Below, piece by piece: positions 25,292 to 32,932 of a stretch of DNA of 34,476 nucleotides; the first letter of the stretch is position 1; every line of letters begins with the position of its first letter. The DNA is from a virus. Its lineage: Duplodnaviria > Caudoviricetes. The notes below the pieces were generated by a model that saw only the letters and a list, made by a program, of their open reading frames with translations, made no database searches and was not told where the DNA came from. The stretch spans positions 1 to 34,476 of IMG/VR virus record IMGVR_UViG_3300044475_000303, one strand, 5' to 3'. Position numbers and translations under genes: made by a program.

Positions 25292-27832
25292 GTCCTGGTT
25301 GGATTGAAGATCGGTGGCGTCGTCTCAGGCAGCCTGCATGCTGCATTCGGCTCTGCAAAATCCACGGTCCAGCAACTGGGTAGGGCAACTGACAGCCTTA
25401 CAGCCAAACATAAGCAGCTGGGGACCGAACTGTCCGCTTCGCTGGCTAGGGGTGGTACAGGCATCGGCCGCATGCGCCTTCAGTACGAGAGAGTCGGCCG
25501 TACGATTGATCAATTGAAAGGCAAACAAGAGCGCCTCAACGCAAGTATTGCCCGAGGAGAAACGCTCAAGTCTGCTCGCGGTGAGTTGCGTGGCCAATTC
25601 ATGGAAACTGCCGGTACAGCCACTGCGTTGGGCGCGCCCGTGGCACTGGCTGCCCGCACTGCCATCGACTTCAAAGACCGTACAAACGATATCGCCATCA
25701 CTGGCGGTTTTGACACGGCTGAAGAGCTTCGCCTGGGGGCGGTTCTCAGGGCATCTGCCTTGAAGTGGAATCAGACTCAGATGGAGGTTGCGGCCGGAGC
25801 CCAGGTGCTTATTGCTGGCGGGATCTCCAACGTTAAAGAGCTGGAGGCTTACGCCCCTCTGATGTCCAAGTTTGCAACGGCTACCAGGGCTAGCATGGAC
25901 GACCTCGGCTCTGTGGCTATTGCGCTGAACGACAACCTCGGAATAGGTGCTTCGGGGTTCGAGCGCTCAATGAACATGCTCGCCTCGGCAGGTAAGAGTG
26001 GCCAGTTCGAGCTGGCCGATATGGCCAAGTGGCTTCCACAGTTAACGCCGCAATTTGCCGCTCTAGGAATTACCGGAGAGCGAGCAGTCGCGGAAATTGG
26101 AGCATCGCTTCAGATCGCACGACGCGGCGCAGGAAGCAATGATGAAGCTGCTAACAACTTTAAAAACTTCCTTTCGAAGCTCACTGCAAAGGACACTTTG
26201 AAGTCCTTCGAAGGCGCCGGGATCAATCTTCAGGAGAGCATGCAAAACCTAGTTGGTAAGGGATTTACCCCTGTACAGGCGATGCTTGAAGTGATCACAC
26301 AGTACGTCGGAAGCAAAGGGCCTAAGGCGACTCAGGAATTCCAGAAAGCAATGGCTATCAAGGATGATGCCGAGCGTGAAGTTGCTCTGAAACGGTTGAA
26401 GGAAGCCTACAAGCTTGGCGAGCTTTTTGCGGATATGCAGGTGCTTTCCTTTGTTCGCCCGGCATTGGCTAACCGGAACGACTTGAGTGGTATTCAACAA
26501 AAGAGCATCAGCGACGCCGACAAAGGGGTGGGTGATGCCGACTGGCAGAAGCGCATGGAGAGCCCAAAGGAGCAGCTCAAAGCGCTAACGGTCAATCTCT
26601 CCGAGCTTGGGATCAGCATCGGGAGCGTGCTTCTGCCGGCACTTGTCGATGTAACCCAAGCAGCAATCCCGCTTGTCCGTGGTTTCGCTGACTGGGCTGG
26701 CGAGAACCCTGTGTTGGTAAAGTCCATCGTTGGCTTGGTCGCTGGCCTGTTGGCGGGCAAGCTTGCATTCATCGGCGCTGCTTACGGCATCAACCTCATT
26801 ATGTCGCCCTTCGTGGCGATGACCACAACAATCACCTCCTTGTCGGCAAAGTGGACGCTGCTTCGCGCCATGTGGCAGATGGGTAAGTTCGCGCCTGCGA
26901 TCACCGGGCTAACCAGGATTGGCAGCGGCCTGCTCTCAGTCCTGAAGTTCAGTGGATTTTTCCTCCGGGGTATCGGCATGGCCTTCGGTGCCCCACTGAT
27001 GATGATGGCACGCGGCGCGCTGTTGTTGGGCAAAGTCCTGGGCGGGTCTCTGTTGTTCGGCCTTAAGCTCGCTGGCCAGGCCGTGTTGTGGCTCGGTCGT
27101 GCCTTGTTGATGAACCCAATAGGTCTGGCCATCACCGCAATTGCGTTGGGCGCTTACCTAATCTACCGCTACTGGGAGCCCATCAAGGGCTTCTTCATCG
27201 GGTTGTGGGGCGAGATCAAGCAGGGTTTTAACGGTGGTCTCTCCGGGATTCTCGGATTGATCGTTAACTTTTCCCCGTTGGGCCTGTTCTATCGTGCGTT
27301 CGCAGGCGTGATGAGTTACTTCGGGATAGAGCTCCCGGCCAAGTTCAGTGAGTTTGGCGGCATGCTCGTCACGGGCCTGGTTAATGGCATCACGAACATG
27401 GCCGGCCAGGCCAAGGACGCGGTGCTCGGCCTGGGCGACTCGGTCAAGGGGTGGTTTGCCGAGAAGCTCGGCATCCATTCACCCAGCCGGGTTTTCATGG
27501 ACTACGGCGCGAACATCTCCGAAGGTGCGGCACTCGGTATCACTGCCCAGGCCGGGCTCGTCCGCGATGCCGCCCTCGGCATGGCCAATGGCAGCCGCGT
27601 ACCTATGGCTGCACCTGACATGTCAGCAGTCAGTCGAGCCTCAATGGTCGGTGCTCCTGGTGGTGCAGGTGGAGGAATGATCATTAACTTCAACCCAGCC
27701 ATCAATCTGCAAGGCGGGGGTGATACACGAGGCCAGGTACAGCAGGCAATGTCGATCAGCTTCGCCGAGTTTGAGCGGCTTATGCAGCGCTACCAACAAG
27801 GCATGGGGCGTCGCGCCTTTGGAGATATCTAA
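25280..27832 (+). CDS. Tail tape measure protein
   Basis: 850 aa, Ala/Gly/Leu-rich; GKSGQFELADMAKWLP, NPIGLAITAIA and LGIHSPSRVF motifs. Confidence 0.94.
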   Translation: MANEVLVGLKIGGVVSGSLHAAFGSAKSTVQQLGRATDSLTAKHKQLGTELSASLARGGTGIGRMRLQYERVGRTIDQLKGKQERLNASIARGETLKSARGELRGQFMETAGTATALGAPVALAARTAIDFKDRTNDIAITGGFDTAEELRLGAVLRASALKWNQTQMEVAAGAQVLIAGGISNVKELEAYAPLMSKFATATRASMDDLGSVAIALNDNLGIGASGFERSMNMLASAGKSGQFELADMAKWLPQLTPQFAALGITGERAVAEIGASLQIARRGAGSNDEAANNFKNFLSKLTAKDTLKSFEGAGINLQESMQNLVGKGFTPVQAMLEVITQYVGSKGPKATQEFQKAMAIKDDAEREVALKRLKEAYKLGELFADMQVLSFVRPALANRNDLSGIQQKSISDADKGVGDADWQKRMESPKEQLKALTVNLSELGISIGSVLLPALVDVTQAAIPLVRGFADWAGENPVLVKSIVGLVAGLLAGKLAFIGAAYGINLIMSPFVAMTTTITSLSAKWTLLRAMWQMGKFAPAITGLTRIGSGLLSVLKFSGFFLRGIGMAFGAPLMMMARGALLLGKVLGGSLLFGLKLAGQAVLWLGRALLMNPIGLAITAIALGAYLIYRYWEPIKGFFIGLWGEIKQGFNGGLSGILGLIVNFSPLGLFYRAFAGVMSYFGIELPAKFSEFGGMLVTGLVNGITNMAGQAKDAVLGLGDSVKGWFAEKLGIHSPSRVFMDYGANISEGAALGITAQAGLVRDAALGMANGSRVPMAAPDMSAVSRASMVGAPGGAGGGMIINFNPAINLQGGGDTRGQVQQAMSISFAEFERLMQRYQQGMGRRAFGDI

Positions 27833-28719
27833 TGAGCTGGGGAATCCTGGGCGACATAGAGTTCGAGGTGGCCAGCCACCCAAGCGCACAGTCGGAGCGC
27901 ACCACCGCGAACTATGCGGAGCATGCCCGAATTCAAGGGAAGCCGCGTCTGGAATGGATTGGTGAAGGCCTTGATGAGCTGTCATTGGAGGTTTCCCTAC
28001 ACGCATCTGTCGGCGATCCTGAGGCACGAGTGCGCGAGCTGAAAAAAGCCAAGACGGATCACGCACCACTGCCATATGTGCTGGGTAGCGGGGATTTCCG
28101 GGGGATCTACGTGATTGCCGGCCTAGATGTCACCACCCGTAAGACCGATGGCTTCGGTCGTCTCGTCGCGGCCACAGTAAGCCTGACCTTGCGCGAGTTC
28201 ACCGGCAAGTACACCAGGCCGTTGCCCGTTCCGCTTGGGCTGCGCAATAGCCAACAAACGACACTCGCCAGCCTTCCCCTGGAGAAGGTGGCGGCCGATA
28301 GCAAACCGTTGGTAACCAACGCGCAGCTTGCACTGGGCTACGCCCGCACAGCCGGAACCCTGGTGCGGGCAGGCCTGGATACTTTCCAGTTTGTTCGCGA
28401 CTTACGAGAGAACCCGATGGCCTTGCTCAACCGGCTGCCAACGCTCTTGAGCGCAGCGCGGGAAGTGCTGGAACCGCTTGGCGGGCTGGGCGACTCGGCC
28501 GGCCTGCTTGAGGGTGGTGGTGACCTTGTCCGGCTCGGGGTTGATATGGCCGGCGATGTCAATCAGGCAATCACTGCGTTAGATGGAGTGGACAGCGACA
28601 GTGTGGTGAACCAGGTCGGCTACGCCACCACAAGCATGGAGCAGGCAGTGGGGCGGATGGAAAGCGCTAGCCCACGACTTGCCCAAATCGCGGCTGATGT
28701 CATCACCAGGAGGGCCTGA
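27832..28719 (+). CDS. Tail protein, P2 gpU-like N-domain with C-terminal extension
   Basis: YAEHARIQGKPRLEWIGEGLDE...LTLREF; follows the tape measure. Confidence 0.85.
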   Translation: MSWGILGDIEFEVASHPSAQSERTTANYAEHARIQGKPRLEWIGEGLDELSLEVSLHASVGDPEARVRELKKAKTDHAPLPYVLGSGDFRGIYVIAGLDVTTRKTDGFGRLVAATVSLTLREFTGKYTRPLPVPLGLRNSQQTTLASLPLEKVAADSKPLVTNAQLALGYARTAGTLVRAGLDTFQFVRDLRENPMALLNRLPTLLSAAREVLEPLGGLGDSAGLLEGGGDLVRLGVDMAGDVNQAITALDGVDSDSVVNQVGYATTSMEQAVGRMESASPRLAQIAADVITRRA

Positions 28720-28931
28720 TGGAAACTTACCTGCAACATCTGACTACTGCTGGGGAGCTATGGGACCAGCTTGCCTACCGCTACTACGGCTCGGCCTACC
28801 GCTATCAGCCAATAATCCGTGCCAACCCTCACGTACCGTTGATGTCTAGTTTCCCAGCAGGGCTAACCCTGCGCATTCCCGTGCTTGAAGTCGAACCCGC
28901 GACCGAGGATCTGCCACCGTGGATGCGTTGA
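28719..28931 (+). CDS. Tail protein X (P2 gpX, LysM-like)
   Basis: WDQLAYRYYG...IIRANP...GLTLRIP...LPPW. Confidence 0.9.
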   Translation: METYLQHLTTAGELWDQLAYRYYGSAYRYQPIIRANPHVPLMSSFPAGLTLRIPVLEVEPATEDLPPWMR

Positions 28932-30043
28932 CCGAGAACCAGGTGCCAAGCGCCTATTACTTGCTGAGCTACCAGAACAAGAACATCACTCGGGACATCA
29001 GCGAGTACCTCCTGGAGCTGGAGTACGTTGACTTCCTCACCGGTCAGTCCGATGAGTTGAACATCACGCTGGAGGACGTTGACGGGAAATGGATAGACCA
29101 ATGGTATCCAGGTCATGGCGACTCGCTGACCCTGACCCTGGGTTGGGTAGGCCAGACCCCGCGACGTCTCGGTCGGTTTGAGATAGATGAGATCGAGATC
29201 AGTAAAGTGCCTTCAGTGGTGGTAATCCGTGCACTGGCAGCAAACATCAGCACTGCCCTGCGTACTCAAGAGCACCGGGCATACGAGAACATGACGCTCG
29301 CCGCCGTCGCAGCTCAGGTCGCAACTCGACAACGTTTAAAGCTGGTCGGAAAGATTGAGCCCATCAAGTTGGATCGGCTGACGCAGCAGGAGGGCGACTT
29401 GGCTTTCTTGGCCAACCTGGCCAGCGAGTATGACTATGCATTTAAAGTCATCGGTGACCGCCTTGTATTCCATGCTATCTCCGACCTTGCTGATGCCCCA
29501 CCAGTGCTCGCCGTGGCTTTAGGGGAGCTCGACCAGGTGAGCTTGCGCGACCAGATCAAGCAAGTCCCGGCCAAGGCAACGGTCAAGCATAAGAATCCGG
29601 CAAAAAAGCAACTGGTTAGCTACACGGTCGACAACAGCGGCAAAGTCGTAGCGGTACCCAGCAGTGTGAGCAAGACAACAACCAGCGCTGATACGAAGAA
29701 GCGTCGTTCGCGCAGCGCTTCTGCTGAGGTAGCCAAGGCCAAAGCCAAAGCTGAGCTGGCCAAGGCTAACCGCGAGCGTACTACTGGCACCTGGTCAATG
29801 ATGGGCCGACCTTACGTACTCAGCGGTAATGTCGTCAGCCTGCAGGCGCCTGGCGTGCTCGGTGGCAACTACCTGGTAACCAGCAGTCGCCACCGTTACA
29901 CCCGTGATGGTGGCTACTCCTCTGAGCAGCAGGTCTGCCGTGTCAAGGCACCGGTGATCTCGCTGTCACTCGATGCCACTAAGCCTGACCAAGAACTTAT
30001 CGCTTACGGGGTAGACCCCGCAGCCTCAGCAACCACAGTGTGA
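28919..30043 (+). CDS. Baseplate hub (P2 gpD-like)
   Basis: SDELNITLED, GRFEIDEIE, QQEGDLAFLANLASEY; GTG start with GAGGA SD. Confidence 0.9.
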   Translation: MDALTENQVPSAYYLLSYQNKNITRDISEYLLELEYVDFLTGQSDELNITLEDVDGKWIDQWYPGHGDSLTLTLGWVGQTPRRLGRFEIDEIEISKVPSVVVIRALAANISTALRTQEHRAYENMTLAAVAAQVATRQRLKLVGKIEPIKLDRLTQQEGDLAFLANLASEYDYAFKVIGDRLVFHAISDLADAPPVLAVALGELDQVSLRDQIKQVPAKATVKHKNPAKKQLVSYTVDNSGKVVAVPSSVSKTTTSADTKKRRSRSASAEVAKAKAKAELAKANRERTTGTWSMMGRPYVLSGNVVSLQAPGVLGGNYLVTSSRHRYTRDGGYSSEQQVCRVKAPVISLSLDATKPDQELIAYGVDPAASATTV

Positions 30044-30049
30044 GAAGCC

Positions 30050-30601
30050 ATGCCTGTTGAACTTGAGTACGGCGAAGTATCCGCCGTTGATTACATGGGG
30101 TGCCGCATTCGAGTGCGGATCGACGAGCGCGACGGCGTTGAAAGCTATTGGATCAGCGTGCCGCAACGAGCCACAAAAGGCACACAGCGGCGCCAGTTGC
30201 TGCCAGAGATTGGAGAGGAAGTCGCTGTGCTGATTGACGCTGATGGGGTTGGCGGTATCTACCTGGGAGGCATCTATTCCAGCGTAGAGCCCCCACCTGT
30301 GACGGATGAGGATACGGACTTCGTGAGGTTCAGGGACGGCACTGTGGTTGCCTATGACCAGGCGAAGAACCAGCTCGATGTGGATTGCGTGGGCGGCACA
30401 ACGTTGAAATGCGCCAGAGGTCTCACAGTAGAGACCGGCGGGGCCGTGGTGGTAAAGGCGCCCACGGCCTCGTTGGAGGTTCCTGCCGTCAGCTTGACGG
30501 GCAATCTGACCGTCACCGGCAATGTTGAGGTTGTAGGGAACGTCCATGCCACTGGTACGATCCTGGATGACGCAGGAAACTCAAGCAACCACCGCCACTA
30601 G
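30050..30601 (+). CDS. Baseplate spike (P2 gpV-like)
   Basis: LPEIGEEVAVL, FRDGTVVAYD, beta-helix GNLTVTGNVEVVG and terminal HxH (NHRH). Confidence 0.92.
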   Translation: MPVELEYGEVSAVDYMGCRIRVRIDERDGVESYWISVPQRATKGTQRRQLLPEIGEEVAVLIDADGVGGIYLGGIYSSVEPPPVTDEDTDFVRFRDGTVVAYDQAKNQLDVDCVGGTTLKCARGLTVETGGAVVVKAPTASLEVPAVSLTGNLTVTGNVEVVGNVHATGTILDDAGNSSNHRH

Positions 30602-30789
30602 GCGGCAGCAGGCTGCATATTTTGGACGGCCCACGCTTCAGACCTAGTCATGGTTTGGTCTGGCTCAGGGGTGTCGAAGATGATCTTGAGCCCCGTTGCG
30701 TCGACCGCCTCACCAACAACCTTGAAAATGAACCCGGCAGGGTAATCCGTCATGATCCACCTGCTGCCGATTATGAAAATTTCTGACAT
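30598..30789 (-). CDS. Small antisense moron, 63 aa
   Basis: SD AAGGGAG; convergent with gpV (4-nt stop overlap); candidate -10 TAGACT (complement of 30818-30823). Confidence 0.65.
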   Translation of the reverse strand: MSEIFIIGSRWIMTDYPAGFIFKVVGEAVDATGLKIIFDTPEPDQTMTRSEAWAVQNMQPAAA

Positions 30790-30825
30790 TGCACATCTCC
30801 CTTATGTGTGAGTTTCCAGTCTACC

Positions 30826-30872
30826 GTCTTTAAACCTGATTAAAAGCTTGATCCCCGCCGCGCCCACATCAT
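30826..30872 (+). promoter_or_regulatory. Late promoter 4 (baseplate wedge/fibre)
   Basis: GTCTTTAAACCTGATTAAAAG (30826-30846), 20 bp, CATCAT. Confidence 0.8.
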
Positions 30873-30878
30873 GGGCGC

Positions 30879-31256
30879 ATGAACACTCCCATCGCCTACA
30901 CATCCATCAACTCAGCCCACTGGCAGCCTGCTCTTGGCACGCCAGGTGAAGCTGTAGAGGGCCTGCGCGACATCGACCAGGCCATCCGCATCATCCTCAA
31001 AACCCCGCGCGGCAGTGACCCACATCGGCCGGAGTTTGGCAGCGACCTGCACCTTTATATCGACTGGCCGGTTAACCGCGTTGTGCCGTACCTGGTGCGC
31101 GAAGCCGTGACGGCGGTCCGTCAGTGGGAGCCGCGCATGGATGTGGTTCAGGTAGACGCTGTGATCGAGGAGAGCCGAATCAGGCTGAGAGTGAAGTGGA
31201 AGGTGGCCAACGGCGTCGTACAGCAGACCGAGGTGCCTTATGGCAACGCCACCTGA
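30879..31256 (+). CDS. Baseplate wedge protein (gpW/gp25 family)
   Basis: DIDQAIRIILKTPRGSDPHRPEFGS...WEPR. Confidence 0.92.
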   Translation: MNTPIAYTSINSAHWQPALGTPGEAVEGLRDIDQAIRIILKTPRGSDPHRPEFGSDLHLYIDWPVNRVVPYLVREAVTAVRQWEPRMDVVQVDAVIEESRIRLRVKWKVANGVVQQTEVPYGNAT

Positions 31257-32355
31257 GTTCGTGAAGATTGATCCGGCCAGCATCGAGGCTGACCTAGTCG
31301 CCCGCTATGAAGCCAAAAGTGGAAAGACCCTGTACCCGGCACAAATCGAACGTCTGTTCATTGATCAGATCGCTTACGCCAAGACACTGGCCCTGAGTGC
31401 CATACAGAACGCAGGTGAAATGCTCCTTGTGCGTTTCTCCAACGGGCCGATCCTGGATTACCTGGGCGAACTGGTCGGCACCTCACGCCTACAGGCCCAG
31501 CGTGCTCGCCATACTCAGGCATTCATCCTGCCAGCCGCCCAATCCATCCCTGTCATTATTAATGCAGGCACTCGCGTGACAACGGCCGACGGCACGCTTG
31601 CCTTCTACACCGAGTCGGCCATCCAGATCACTGCTGGCCAGCTGGAAGCCCGTGTGACAGCTATTTGTGAGACGGCCGGGACAGTGGGTAATGGCTGGTC
31701 GCTGGGCCAGGTGTCGGCGCTAGTAGCACCGCCAATGGACGGCATGACCACACGCAACGTGACTGTGCCATCAGACGGTGAGGAGCAAGAGGAGGACGAA
31801 CGTTACAAGGAGCGCATCATCCTGGCCCCCGAGGCGTATACAAATGCCGGTAGTCGAGGGGCGTATCGATATCACGCGATGTCTGTCCATCAGTCGATCA
31901 TCGATGTGGCTGTACACGGCCCTGATGATGGGCAGGAAGATGGCCATGTCGCGCTTTACGTGCTTACGGCTCAGGGTGAGCCGTCGACCGAGATGCTGCA
32001 GCTGGTGAGTGAACAAACCAGCGGCGAGAAGCGCCGACCACTGTGTGACGTAGTTCAGGTGCTTCAGCCGAACAAGGTGGAGTTCTCGATCAAGGCGCAG
32101 CTTGAGTTTTACAACGGTGCTGATAGGGCAACCGCCATGGCGGATGCCAAAGCCGCCGTCGAAACGCTGGTAGCGGAAATGCGCAACGGGCTCGGGCGAG
32201 ACATCGTACCGGAGCAGATAACGGCTGCGCTTAAGGTGGCGGGGGTTTACAGGCCGCTGGTTATAGAGCCTGCCGGCTTAACAGTGGTGGCAGGCAACGA
32301 ATGGGCATCCTGCATCACCATCGAGCTGGTAGACGCGGGGCTCGTCGATGGCTGA
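31240..32355 (+). CDS. Baseplate J-like protein
   Basis: LDYLGELVG, EEDERYKERI, AGSRGAY, RPLCDVV. Confidence 0.93.
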   Translation: MATPPEFVKIDPASIEADLVARYEAKSGKTLYPAQIERLFIDQIAYAKTLALSAIQNAGEMLLVRFSNGPILDYLGELVGTSRLQAQRARHTQAFILPAAQSIPVIINAGTRVTTADGTLAFYTESAIQITAGQLEARVTAICETAGTVGNGWSLGQVSALVAPPMDGMTTRNVTVPSDGEEQEEDERYKERIILAPEAYTNAGSRGAYRYHAMSVHQSIIDVAVHGPDDGQEDGHVALYVLTAQGEPSTEMLQLVSEQTSGEKRRPLCDVVQVLQPNKVEFSIKAQLEFYNGADRATAMADAKAAVETLVAEMRNGLGRDIVPEQITAALKVAGVYRPLVIEPAGLTVVAGNEWASCITIELVDAGLVDG

Positions 32356-32932
32356 CCTGCAGATCCCGCCTGTTCTTGCCGGTGACGAGCGATTTTCAAT
32401 GCTCCTGGAGCTGCTGCAGGACGAATTTGACCGGCTCGACCTCCAAGCAATGGCTGTGTATCTGGTCGATCAGGTCAAAACCAGCCTCTTGCCTGTGCTG
32501 GCTGATCAGTTTTCTCTTCTGGACGAAGCCGCCTGGCAACTCGCCGAGTCCGAGGAGGCGCGGCGTGATCTGGTGAAGAACGCAATCCACTTACACCGCG
32601 CGAAAGGGACGCCTTGGTCAATCCGCGAGGTCATCCGCCTACTTGGATTCGGCAAGGTGCGCATACAGGAGGGCCTATCAGGAGTTCGCCACAACGGCCA
32701 GGCAAACCGCGACGGCCGCTACGTCCATGGTGATCCCAAGGCCTGGCCGCTCTATCGCGTGTTCCTCCTGGAGCGCGCAATTACTAATGACCAGGCTGCG
32801 CTTTTGCGCCGCCTGTTGCTATCCATTGCACCTGCTCGATGCCGCCTCGTCTCGCTGGAGTATCGAGAAGTACCAATCCGCCACAACGGCCTTGCCAAAC
32901 GCGATGGCCAATACAACCACGGGAGCAGCTAA
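32348..32932 (+). CDS. Baseplate/tail protein I (P2 gpI-like)
   Basis: LPVLADQFS, AIHLHRAKGTPWSI, APARC; follows J. Confidence 0.88.
   Translation: MADLQIPPVLAGDERFSMLLELLQDEFDRLDLQAMAVYLVDQVKTSLLPVLADQFSLLDEAAWQLAESEEARRDLVKNAIHLHRAKGTPWSIREVIRLLGFGKVRIQEGLSGVRHNGQANRDGRYVHGDPKAWPLYRVFLLERAITNDQAALLRRLLLSIAPARCRLVSLEYREVPIRHNGLAKRDGQYNHGSS

Noticed and set aside
10260-30846. The four 21-bp boxes as CRISPR repeats or IS ends
   Set aside because: They are kilobases apart, in the same orientation, and each precedes an operon at fixed spacing, which fits promoters.
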